From: Candidatus Saccharimonadota bacterium
Lineage (GTDB): Bacteria > Patescibacteriota > Gracilibacteria > BD1-5 > UBA2023
Direction: 5' to 3'
Assembly (NCBI GenBank): GCA_963706795.1
Contig: OY970170.1
Coordinates: forward strand, 990,001 to 1,022,000
Length of the DNA stretch: 32,000 nucleotides
Positions 10,760 through 19,230 of the stretch are shown here, piece after piece. Under the pieces are notes generated by a model, which was not told the DNA's origin, ran no database searches, and was given only the letters and a program-made list of their open reading frames with translations. The first letter of the stretch is position 1, and each line of letters begins with the position of its first letter. The position numbers and the translations under genes were made by a program.

Positions 10760-10781
10760 AAGGAGGAAGAAAATAACGCGA

Positions 10782-10811
10782 ATATTATGGGATTTTTAAA
10801 ATGGGAAGCAA
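10782..10811 (-). promoter_or_regulatory. Candidate sigma70-type promoter for the pilin gene
   Basis: On the - strand: TTGCTT (10811-10806), an 18-nt spacer, then TAATAT (10787-10782), about 22 nt upstream of the ATG. Each hexamer matches consensus at only 4 of 6 positions. Confidence 0.25.
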
Positions 10812-10816
10812 ACAAT

Positions 10817-10845
10817 AAATACGCCCCGAAATTTGGGGCGTATTT
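10817..10845. terminator. Terminator hairpin downstream of the 10865-11485 gene
   Basis: Perfect 11-bp stem, aaatacgcccc pairing with ggggcgtattt, around a 7-nt loop with A/T-rich flanks. Lies 20 nt after the TAA at 10865-10867 of the - strand gene and insulates it from the pilin promoter region. Confidence 0.7.
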
Positions 10846-10864
10846 ATATTTAAATTTTCTTAGT

Positions 10865-11485
10865 TTATGCAACAGAGAGCCCTCCGAGAGCTTCTCCATT
10901 TGGTGGATCTTTTTGGATGTGCTCCTTGACCATGGCAAGTCGGACATTACGCTGCTCATTCATTTTTTCGAGTGCAAGCTTTTGTCGAGCATCTGCCATC
11001 TCTTTATGAAATCTCTGAAGCTGTTCTTTTGAGCGTTGAGCTTCTGTCTCGGCAGTAGCTGATTCTTGAGCTTTTTGCGCTCCTTTTGGGCCCTCGATAC
11101 TGCCTTGGAGACTCTCGAGTCAGGCTGTCAATTGGTGGTAGATCTTGATAAGAGCTTCTCGTTTTTCTTCGGGTTTTGATTCACTCTGGAGGATCGCACT
11201 TTTTTCTGCATCAAATTCCTTCGTGAGCTTTTCAGCACCTTCATCAAAGGTTTTTTTGTCCTCTGGAGCGAGAGAAGTACTGAGATTGGTCATGCTCGTC
11301 TCAACCATCTTCTTCAAGAGGGTATCTGTTTGAGAGTCTTTTCATTCTGTTTTACCGCTTTTGCTCAGCTCTTTTTCGAAGTCTGCATTGTCCTTGTTGA
11401 GCTCTTTGTCAGCTGTATCAAGGGTATTGTCTGGCTGATCAAGACCAACTTTGTCAGCCTCTTTTGTATTGAGTTTTTCTAGCAT
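10865..11485 (-). CDS. Hypothetical acidic, helix-rich protein (206 aa)
   Basis: ATG 11485 (MLEKLNTKEADK...). Fragments 11342-11485, 11120-11317 and the tail down to TAA 10865-10867 share one frame through TGA codons at 11342-11344 and 11120-11122. Lys/Glu/Gln-rich, with no TM segment or signal peptide. Confidence 0.7.
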
Positions 11486-11590
11486 AGGGTGGGGGTTTTC
11501 GATATTTTGCCCTAAAGAACGCTGAGATGCAAAAGTTCGATATATGATTCTCTTCGCTTTGCATATACTCTGTGTAACTAATCCCTCTCT

Positions 11591-12277
11591 ATGGCTACAC
11601 AAAAAAATACACCCAAGAGTAAACCGATCGTCGGAGCGATTATATTTCTCGTGGTGATCGTGCTCCTTGGGTACTACGCACTCTCGAACAATACGCCCAA
11701 AAAACCAGTTTGGAACGAAAATGACCGTAAGGTCACGCAAACGGGTACAACTACATCAGATACCTCTACTGGAGATACCACTCCTCCTGCTACAGATTCT
11801 GGAAGCATGACTCCTCCGCCTCCTGATGCCATCGTCAATACGCCGGCTGGTCGCGATGCACGCGACTCTGATCCTCTAGTGAATCCTCCGCCAGTAGTTG
11901 CTACAAACACGGGTACAATTACGAGTACGGGCACTACCTCATCGGGTGTAACCGAATACTGGAATGAATCACTTGGCTACGGATTTTCAGTACCCAAGGG
12001 TACGTACTACCTCGGTACAGGTCCTCGTGATGAGGCAGCTCATAGCGTAGCGCTTCGTGTAGGAACGGGGGCAACCGACTTTGAGAGCGCGGAGGTTCGA
12101 GTCTGGTACTATCCAAGAAAACTCCTCCAGCAGCTTGCAGAAGGGGAGAATGGATTCTATCAAGATGCGAATACTTCTCGCACATATATGAAGTTCGGAT
12201 CTGGAACTCTTGTTATTGGCGGAACATTCGATAGCTCAGTCGTGAAGACCATCATCCAAACAGCAAAAGTTCGCTAA
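11591..12277 (+). CDS. Hypothetical membrane-anchored protein with a Thr/Pro-rich linker (228 aa)
   Basis: Intact ORF. N-terminal TM anchor (IVGAIIFLVVIVLLGYYAL), a T/S/P-rich spacer, and a ~110-aa C-terminal globular region. TATACT lies 22 nt upstream of the ATG. Stop is TAA. Confidence 0.8.
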   Translation: MATQKNTPKSKPIVGAIIFLVVIVLLGYYALSNNTPKKPVWNENDRKVTQTGTTTSDTSTGDTTPPATDSGSMTPPPPDAIVNTPAGRDARDSDPLVNPPPVVATNTGTITSTGTTSSGVTEYWNESLGYGFSVPKGTYYLGTGPRDEAAHSVALRVGTGATDFESAEVRVWYYPRKLLQQLAEGENGFYQDANTSRTYMKFGSGTLVIGGTFDSSVVKTIIQTAKVR

Positions 12278-12280
12278 ACA

Positions 12281-12309
12281 AAAAAAGAGTCAGCAATGAC
12301 TCTTTTTTT
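12281..12309 (+). terminator. Rho-independent terminator after 11591-12277
   Basis: Stem agagtca (12286-12292) pairs with tgactct (12297-12303) around a gcaa loop. Flanked by an A run and a 7-T run. Confidence 0.7.
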
Positions 12310-12336
12310 AGGCTTCAATTTGCGCCATATTTCAGG

Positions 12337-12438
12337 ATGAACGTGGATAGTATGTGGTTTTCGAAACCGACTCACTGTGCGTCTCTGAGGTGCCCTCTGC
12401 TTTTGTCGGTAAGAAATACACATACTATCCACGTTCAT
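12337..12438. repeat. Hairpin A: 102-nt element closed by a perfect 20-bp inverted repeat (candidate structured RNA or repeat element)
   Basis: atgaacgtggatagtatgtg (12337-12356) is the exact reverse complement of cacatactatccacgttcat (12419-12438). The 62-nt interior pairs further (accgac 12365-12370 with gtcggt 12405-12410). Confidence 0.85.
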
Positions 12439-12464
12439 TATCGCCATACGACCTTTCATCGAAT

Positions 12465-12567
12465 GAAACCTCATAGAATATATCTTTTTCATTCAATCAA
12501 AGCCAGTGCGCACCTAGAATTCACCAAGGCTGCTTGAATTTCAAAAACATATATTCTATGAGGTTTC
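12465..12567. repeat. Hairpin B: 103-nt element closed by a perfect 19-bp inverted repeat (candidate structured RNA or repeat element)
   Basis: gaaacctcatagaatatat (12465-12483) is the exact reverse complement of atatattctatgaggtttc (12549-12567). The interior pairs further (ttttt/aaaaa, attcaa/ttgaat, gcc/ggc) around an apical GTGCGCAC palindrome. Confidence 0.85.
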
Positions 12568-12591
12568 TGGGAAGTTTCGAGACTGAGAAGT

Positions 12592-13260
12592 TTAGAAGCA
12601 TACCACAAACTCGCCCTTCATCGGATGAGTTTTAAAATGCTCGCGAACCTCGGTAGTAGTTCCGCGTACGAATTCTTCGAATTTTTTAGTGAGTTCACGT
12701 CCCACTACGATCTGGTGTTCAGACCCAAAATATTCCTCGAGTTCGGCGAGAGTTTTCTCAATGCGGTGGACGCTCTCGTAGATCACAACTGTATGATCTT
12801 TGTTTTGAAGGCTTTCAAAGAGGGTTTTGCGTCCTTTTTTGATCGGTAAAAACCCGAGATATGTAAAGTGGTGTGTCTGAAGGCCCGAGCAAATAAGTGC
12901 CGAAAGCACAGCCGAAGCTCCAGGAATAGGGCAGAGGGTGATCCCTGCTTCGATTGCTTTGCGTACAAGTGAGTAGGCTGGATCTGATATCCCTGGAGTT
13001 CCTGCATCTGAGATGAGGGCGATATTTGCGCCTTCTTCTAAGAGCTTAATAATCGCATCCTCTTTACCTGCACCCGTATGCGAATGGAACGAAATCGTCT
13101 TCTTGCCCGTAATTTCATAATGTTTGAGAAGAATCCCTGAAGTGCGAGTATCCTCACAGGCAATATAATCCGCCTCGCGCAATGTGCGAAGTGCTCGAAG
13201 TGTGATATCTTCGAGGTTCCCGATGGGTGTAGAGACGAGATAGAGGATTCCTGATGCCAT
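12592..13260 (-). CDS. rsmI: 16S rRNA (cytidine1402-2'-O)-methyltransferase RsmI
   Basis: Intact ORF. LYLVSTPIGNLEDITLRALRTLREADYIACEDTR, SDAGTPGISDPG-like motif (SDAGTPGISDPAY) and ESVHRI are typical of the tetrapyrrole-methylase-fold RsmI family. ATG 13260 (alternative TTG 13269). Stop is TAA 12592-12594. Confidence 0.93.
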   Translation of the reverse strand: MASGILYLVSTPIGNLEDITLRALRTLREADYIACEDTRTSGILLKHYEITGKKTISFHSHTGAGKEDAIIKLLEEGANIALISDAGTPGISDPAYSLVRKAIEAGITLCPIPGASAVLSALICSGLQTHHFTYLGFLPIKKGRKTLFESLQNKDHTVVIYESVHRIEKTLAELEEYFGSEHQIVVGRELTKKFEEFVRGTTTEVREHFKTHPMKGEFVVCF

Positions 13261-13269
13261 AGGGCTCAA

Positions 13270-13788
13270 TTACAAAATATTTAATCGTACTCCGTAATGT
13301 TCTTCGAGGAGTTTTGCTCCTCATAGGAAGAGATCTTCCTTTTTAAAACCCAGCGCTTCGGCTGCTTTTATCAGTGCCTCTTCACTCGGAGATTCGAACT
13401 CGATAAATACAGGAATAGTTCCATAATCATCGATCTCGTAGCGTGTATTATTCAGCGTATAGGAAGTGCGGTGTTTAATAATCTTTGCAATGCACTCAAA
13501 ACCTGTAGCTTTCAGGATGTAATCCATCGTATCAGGATTTTGAATCTCTATCTCGTACTCTCTTTCTTGTGTTGCAAATGCGCTTTCTCACGCTTTTTCC
13601 TTATATGTAAGCAGTGTCTGCACATTGTTGAATGTTCTCATCCGTACTCGTTTTCCATTCGGAGAAGTGTACGAAAACGAGACGAGTTCGCCATCAAAGA
13701 TCTTCTCCGCGCCAAGTGAGAGAAGATTTTTTTCTACTTCTTCGCGGTTAATTTCGAGGATTTTCGCTTCGATTTCCAAAAATGGCAT
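13270..13788 (-). CDS. CYTH-domain protein (CyaB/ThTPase-like triphosphate tunnel enzyme, 172 aa)
   Basis: Fragments 13588-13788 and 13321-13527 are joined in frame through TGA 13588-13590 and extended through TGA 13321-13323 to TAA 13270-13272. The N-terminal MPFLEIEAKILEI is the CYTH ExExK signature, and later strands alternate charged residues (REYEIEI, RYEIDDY, VFIEFE). Confidence 0.8.
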
Positions 13789-13797
13789 AGAGAAAAA

Positions 13798-14292
13798 TTA
13801 CCGTATAAACCCAAATGCTTCCATTCCTCATCTGCGAAACTCTGTATCTGACATCTTAAACCGAGAGGGGATTGCAAGTACGAGCTTTGTATTTACAGGA
13901 TACAGGCGAGTAACGACCATTCCATGACTTTGGAGTTGCTGCCATTTACGGGGAGAAATAGTGATGGCCTGAACGAGGAGATCGAGTGTGCAGGATTCTT
14001 CTTCATCGCTTACACTCACAGTGAAGAGCTTTGGCGGTAAATCTTCATCTTCTTCATCTCTAAAGCCCGTACATTCTATATTTTGCAAAAATGTCTGAGT
14101 TGAACTCTCTCGAAAATAGATGTCGAATTCATTGCTGCCATCCGTGAACAATGTGCTCACAATAATTGACGGATTCTCTTTCTCAAGGCTTTCATTTAAG
14201 CGCTTTTTTGATGTCTCCTGTATACCAAAAGACCCTCGATCAGAGAGGAGATCGGAGTCTTTTTGATTTTCGGAGGAGGCAATCGTATTCAT
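13798..14292 (-). CDS. Hypothetical acidic protein directly downstream of dnaA (164 aa)
   Basis: ATG 14292 lies 9 nt after the dnaA stop. ORF 13828-14292 extends through TGA 13828-13830 to TAA 13798-13800. No recognisable motif, and it is not a sliding-clamp (DnaN) sequence. Confidence 0.7.
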
Positions 14293-14301
14293 ACTTGGAA
14301 A

Positions 14302-15699
14302 TTATAGTCCGAGTTTGTCGCGGATAACATTCACTTCGTAGAAGAGATTTTGGTCCTTTTTGAGGATGGATTCGAGCTTGCGGCAAGAGTAGAGAACTGC
14401 TGAGTGATTGCGCCCTGAGAAGATATTTCCAATTCGCTCGTAAGTGAAATGGAGTTTATTCTTGAGGAGGTACATTGCAACCTGACGCGGGATCATGTGC
14501 TCCTTGCGGCGGTCTTCTCCGAGGATAGCCTTCTTGTCGATGCCAAAGTGCGAGCTAACAGCTTCTACGAGCTCATCATAGCTCTTGGTGGCAGTTTTTT
14601 TGTTGCGGTGTGAGACGAGTGTATCGGTAACTCCGAGGCGATTCATACGCGCTCCAACATTGTCTATAGTAGGAGGTGTATTGTGGAGTTCGTATTCTGC
14701 AATGATCTGGTTGAGGATTCCTTCGAGTTCGCGGACGTTTGATACTGCGTTATATGCAATGAATTCAGCGACTTCCTGCGGCAAGATAAACTCTCGTGCG
14801 CGGGCTTTTTCTTGGAGGATGGCGAGGCGAGTCTCAAAATCAGGTGCTCCGATATCTACGATGATACCCCACTCAAATCGACTCTTGAGTCGTGGCTCGA
14901 TTTCTTCGAGCTCACGAGGTGCACGATCTCCGGAGAGGATAATCTGCTTACCTGACTCATACATCACATTAAATATGTTGTAGAGCTCGTCCTGTGTGCG
15001 TTCTTTTTTAGCGAGGAACTGGATATCGTCGATGATGAGGACATCGATTCCGCGATATTTTTCGCGCATTTTGTCTGTTGTGCGTTTTTTTACAGAGTCG
15101 ACATAGTCTGTAATAAAACGATCGGCAGTTGTATAGATGACTTTCTTATCCTTAAATCGTGCTTTAACAGCGTTACCGGTAGCTTGGAGGAGGTGAGTTT
15201 TCCCGAGTCCAACTTCTCCATAGATATAGAGTGGATTGTACGCAGATCCTGGCTTGCGAGAGACTGCTTCGCACGCAGCGAATGGGAGCTGGTTTGCGGG
15301 TCCTACGATAAAATTCTCGAGGCGATATTTTTCGCTGATGAGGCGAGCATTGATTCCGCCGACTTCGTTTTCGACTGCAACTTCTTCTTTCGTCTTGGTA
15401 GTGAGGCCCTTGTATTCTTTGGCGCAATCTACAACCAAGAGATTAGAGGGATTCTCAATAGTGGTATCTACTACAAATCCAACGGTTGTGACTTCTGGAA
15501 TGCATGACTGTGCAGCGGCGAGGATTTCAGCATCGAATTTATGGAGATTGTCTCGCATAAATGCTGATTCTACACCGAGTACCAATCGTCCTTCTGCAAA
15601 CTCGACAAATGACAACTTTTTAAAGAAAGTCAGGAAGTCCTGCTTGCGAACCTTGGAGGCGATGTGGCGTACGATATCTCGAAGCGTCTGAAGTTCCAT
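14302..15699 (-). CDS. dnaA: Chromosomal replication initiator DnaA (465 aa)
   Basis: Intact ORF. AAA+ Walker A GEVGLGKTHLL, Walker B VLIIDDIQFL, sensor motifs, and the C-terminal DNA-binding domain (RQVAMYLLK...FSGRNHSAVLYSCRK). No in-frame TGA. Confidence 0.98.
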   Translation of the reverse strand: MELQTLRDIVRHIASKVRKQDFLTFFKKLSFVEFAEGRLVLGVESAFMRDNLHKFDAEILAAAQSCIPEVTTVGFVVDTTIENPSNLLVVDCAKEYKGLTTKTKEEVAVENEVGGINARLISEKYRLENFIVGPANQLPFAACEAVSRKPGSAYNPLYIYGEVGLGKTHLLQATGNAVKARFKDKKVIYTTADRFITDYVDSVKKRTTDKMREKYRGIDVLIIDDIQFLAKKERTQDELYNIFNVMYESGKQIILSGDRAPRELEEIEPRLKSRFEWGIIVDIGAPDFETRLAILQEKARAREFILPQEVAEFIAYNAVSNVRELEGILNQIIAEYELHNTPPTIDNVGARMNRLGVTDTLVSHRNKKTATKSYDELVEAVSSHFGIDKKAILGEDRRKEHMIPRQVAMYLLKNKLHFTYERIGNIFSGRNHSAVLYSCRKLESILKKDQNLFYEVNVIRDKLGL

Positions 15700-16040
15700 G
15701 TACTAAGGAGAGAAAATGGACTCTAAAAATGTCCAGTAAGGTGTATCCGTTTCAAGGTTGATGTCAAAAATTAAAACACGCTTGACGCGTATTTCTGTAT
15801 AACTTTTTTATACGACCAACTGGCTGGCTTCCTGTTGGGGAAAGCTCAGGTCCTGCAAAATCTAAGTTGAGAATAGTTTTTAACAATTTCGCAACTCAAA
15901 ATTATCTTTTGTTCGGCCTTCTTTTTATATCATTCAGAACGCGATTTTTCAGCAAGGAAAGAATGTGTTTGTTGGATTCTTTTCTCTCGTTTTTTGAGAA
16001 GGGGAGTCTACTGATTTTTTGGAGATTTGAAAGCGAGAAT
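15700..16040. other. Non-coding region upstream of dnaA; candidate replication origin / dnaA promoter region
   Basis: A 341-nt gap with no credible ORF in a window that otherwise has 0-20 nt gaps. Contains A/T-rich stretches (for example 15870-15950). Only degenerate DnaA-box-like 9-mers are present, with no perfect TTATCCACA. Confidence 0.3.
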
Positions 16041-16295
16041 TTATCCTAAAACGCTCTTTATTTCGGTTTGTACCAGCTGGATCACACCTTCGATATTTTT
16101 GGGTGAAATTTCTTTGATTCCTTCTTTTCTGTCATCAACGAGTGCACAGATTTTACGCTGTGTTTCATTGGTGAGACCATTCGTTAGTCAGTGCACAGGA
16201 AGTACGAAGCTTGGATAACCTGCAGTTTTGAGTGCAAACTCGAGTGTGTGTGGATTTACCGAAAGCGTGTCTTGTGATGATACCGTGGTAGTCAT
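16041..16295 (-). CDS. Hypothetical small protein (84 aa)
   Basis: ATG 16295, one in-frame TGA (16188-16190), TAA 16041-16043. The C-terminal half (ETQRKICALVDDRKEGIKEISPKNIEGVIQLVQTEIKSVLG) looks protein-like. The N-terminal half overlaps DnaA-box-like 9-mers, so the call is tentative. Confidence 0.55.
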
Positions 16296-16362
16296 GGGAT
16301 ACTGGATAATGGATATTTCCCGTATACGTGAACAGTGGTGACTATATGATGTCTGCTTCGTT

Positions 16363-16701
16363 CTAATTACGTCTTTTTTTGAGGGCAACGACTTCTGCAC
16401 GAGTATCTCGGGCTTGCGAGTGGACTTCGGCAAGAAGTGCTTCAAATTCGGGGATGTTTTTGAGTTTTTGGTGGAGACTTAGTTTCTTTTCGGCGTTTTC
16501 GGGTGTGATGCGTCATTCGAGAATATCCTCGATATATTTGAGCACAAAAACCTGGAGCATCTCGTGATCAGCATGCGTACCACTCGGAATATGCTCGATG
16601 ATTTCTTCTACGCGCTTGGCGTATTTTTTGATGATATCTGCATGAACCACCTCGTGATTCAAATCATGGATTTTGTGTACCATAGGAAGTGGAGTAAACA
16701 A
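16363..16701 (-). CDS. Hypothetical His-rich protein (about 112 aa)
   Basis: TTG 16701 is preceded by GAGGAA (alternative ATG 16683). ORF 16513-16701 continues in frame through TGA 16513-16515 to TAG 16363-16365. No recognisable motif. Confidence 0.65.
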
Positions 16702-16804
16702 ATAATTCCTCGCCGATCTCAGGCCACCTTACTAGATAATGCCCGCTTTTTCAAGATAAAAAGTGTGGTTTCGTACTTTGGAATGTAGATGTTTCTTTTG
16801 TCGA

Positions 16805-18271
16805 TTAACGACCGCTCCTTCCTCATCGGTAAGAGCTTCGCTGGCTTCAAGGACGAGCTGCATTTGGTCTTGGTGCTGCAGGTTTTTTGCTTGGAGCAGG
16901 ACCAGCTCCGTCTTTGTGATCTGGCTTGCTAAATCCTTTACCAGTGAGATTTTTATCTTTATGGCGATAGGCAGAAGGTCCGGCTTTTGGTCCTTCTTTT
17001 TTGGCACCATGGACTGGATTGTTGTGTCCACCGTTCCCAAATGGTCGGGGTCCACGCTTTTGTCGGCCAGGTGGAGTAGGTTTTCTCTCTGGAGAATTAT
17101 CGACATACGGATGATTTTCGACAACATCGATTTCTTTGGCGATGAGTTTTTGGATGTCTCTGAGATATCCTCGCTCTTCTGCATCACAAAACGAAACCGC
17201 AAGTCCACTGGCTCCTGCACGACCCGTACGACCGATGCGGTGCACGTAGGTTTCTGGCTCGTTTGGGAGATCAAAATTTACAACGTATGATAGTCCATCA
17301 ACATCGATTCCACGGGCGGCAATATCAGTTGCTACGAGTACAGAAATTTCTCCTGCCTTAAATTCATTGAGTGCTCTTTGGCGCGCATTCTGTGACTTGT
17401 TACCATGGATCGCTTGTGCAGCGATTTTGGCCATACCAAGCTCTTTAACAACGCGATCTGCTGCATGCTTCGTGCGAGTAAATACGAGTGTAGATTTTTT
17501 GCCGTTGGCTCGAATGATATCTTGAAGAAGGGCTTGTTTGTCATTTTTGGTGACAAAATAGACGGACTGCGCGATCTTTTCGGCAGTGGAAGATACTGGA
17601 GTAACCTCTACAGTTACCGGATTTCGCAAAAGAGAATTCGCAAGTGTGCGAATTGCTGGCGCCATCGTTGCAGAAAAGAATAAAGTCTGACGTTTGTCAG
17701 GAATTTTACCAACAATTTTTTTAACATCATTGATAAATCCCATATCGAGCATGCGATCAGCCTCATCGAGGATAAGCATCTCAACATGCTGCAATTTTAC
17801 AAAACCTTGCCCCATAAGATCGAGGAGACGACCTGGAGTGGCAATCAAAATATCTACACCCTTTCCAAGCTTGTTGGTTTGAAGCCCCTGGCCAACACCA
17901 CCAAAAATCACGGTATGCTTGAGTCCAGCAAATGCGCCATAGGATTCGAAACTCTCGTCAATCTGTACTGCGAGCTCTCGTGTTGGAGTGAGAACGAGAC
18001 ATCTGATTGGGCGTACTCGATGTTCTCCTGCAGGTTTTCGACCAGCAAGGATCTGAATAGTAGGAATAGCGAATGCAGCGGTCTTACCGGTTCCTGTCTG
18101 TGCACATCCGAGCAAGTCGCGATTTTCGAGGATAACGGGAATAGCTCTCTCTTGAATAGGAGTAGGGGTCTCGTATCCCTGAGAGTGAAGAGCCTGAAGA
18201 ATTGGCTCGATAAGGTTGAGATCTTGAAAACGTACGGACAATGTCGAAGGGGTAAAAAAATGATGCAGCAT
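16805..18271 (-). CDS. rhlE: DEAD-box ATP-dependent RNA helicase (RhlE-like, 488 aa)
   Basis: Q motif (F..L.L...GYETPTPIQ), [18 protein letters not shown] ([10 protein letters not shown]), [13 protein letters not shown]. The basic Gly/Pro/Lys-rich tail continues through TGA 16847-16849 and 16823-16825 (GSQRSSYRGGRSGR) to TAA 16805-16807. Confidence 0.93.
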
Positions 18272-18540
18272 GTAATATGCAAGACTCAGGCCACCTAAGG
18301 GCTTGAAAAGTCTTTTGAACGGGCCGTATTATAGGGTAAAGCGGCTATTTAGCCAGTTGCTTTTATTTGACGTGAGGGTTTCTGTGAGAGAAATATTGAG
18401 TGATTTTCTTTGATTTTTTTGGGTGCTTTTGCTCATAAAAGAGGCAAAAAGTGACAAAATTAAAAATTGAACGAAAAAATTAAGAAAAAATTAACCATCA
18501 TCCGTAAGCTAGTGCTTACCGTACTTCAAATGAGCTCTTT

Positions 18541-19074
18541 ATGATGTACTCAAAAATAGGAGGTGTGGAAATACTACTCTCCTGCATACAAAAACACATA
18601 GATGAATCCGACCACGCTCGGATTGGTCATTTAAAGACCCTCTTCAGAAGACTTACCGATTTGAGTCTCTGAAGCTACGGACTACGGCGCGTGATACTCA
18701 AAATCGAATCCATGAGTGTTACATTTTCGCCAGACGTCCAATGAAGGATTGGCCTCGAGATTCAACGAATTCTTGAAAGTCACATCGAAAATTGGCTCTC
18801 AATATGAGGCCTTCAAGTCTATAATTTGCTCGATATCGTGAGTCCTGTTGGATACGATGCAGCATCCCCCTATCTAAAACTTTTCAATTTTGAATGGTTT
18901 ATTCAGAGAAAAGATCGCTTCTTACCCGCTGCAAAGCGCGGTTATAGCGCGGCGCTTCGGACATGTAACGCAGGCGTCGTCGAAAAATTAGAACAATTTT
19001 TCCCGTGACAACTTGCTACTACAGTCCCATATCACATAGCCTTTTCTGCAAAACAGATGGTTCACACAAAATAA
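18541..19074 (+). CDS. Hypothetical protein (177 aa)
   Basis: ATG 18541. The frame-1 reading contains the track ORF 18826-19008 and stays open through four in-frame TGA codons to TAA 19072-19074. Followed by a strong terminator. No recognisable motif. Confidence 0.7.
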
Positions 19075-19088
19075 ATATTCATATATTT

Positions 19089-19131
19089 AAGTCTCCAAAA
19101 CTCTCACTGAGCAGTTTTGGAGACTTTTTTA
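19089..19131 (+). terminator. Rho-independent terminator after 18541-19074
   Basis: Perfect 12-bp stem, gtctccaaaact (19091-19102) pairing with agttttggagac (19113-19124), followed by TTTTTT. Confidence 0.75.
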
Positions 19132-19230
19132 GTTTATTTTGGACACAAAAAAATTTTTTACCTTTTTTTGTAACAAAAATGTAACGCTTAGGTGTTAAAA
19201 CGGTAACACCTACCCTTTTACTATTTGTAT

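Noticed and set aside
10761-10767. AAGGAGG at 10761 and AAGGAG at 15704, on the + strand immediately beside the pilin and dnaA start codons. They look like ribosome-binding sites.
   Set aside because: They are on the wrong strand for those - strand genes, whose mRNA reads CUCCUU there. The + strand ORFs that follow are 7 codons long or overlap real antisense genes.
12274-12537. ORFs 12337-12537 (+) and 12274-12492 (-) in the convergent intergenic region.
   Set aside because: Both simply read through the two inverted repeats, so the mirrored peptide HTIHVH appears on both strands. They have no start context and no protein-like features. The region is better explained as structured DNA or RNA.
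12484-12548. A possible SRP (4.5S) RNA, because the - strand of hairpin B contains AAGCAGCC, which resembles the conserved GGAAGCAGCC of SRP helix 8.
   Set aside because: The motif lies on the 5' half of the hairpin rather than 3' of a GNRA tetraloop. The partner CAGG/GUCC strand and the GGAA loop are absent.
12337-12567. The hairpins as integron attC sites or as MITEs.
   Set aside because: The arm ends (ATGAAC...GTTCAT and GAAACC...GGTTTC) do not fit the attC RYYYAAC/GTTRRRY cores. The stems are perfect, without the extrahelical bases of attC. I found no flanking target-site duplication and no second copy in the window. A mobile origin cannot be excluded without the full genome.
15700-16040. 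A canonical oriC with perfect DnaA boxes upstream of dnaA.
   Set aside because: No TTATCCACA or TGTGGATAA is present. Only 5-7 of 9 matches occur, near the chance expectation, so the region is listed only as a low-confidence candidate.
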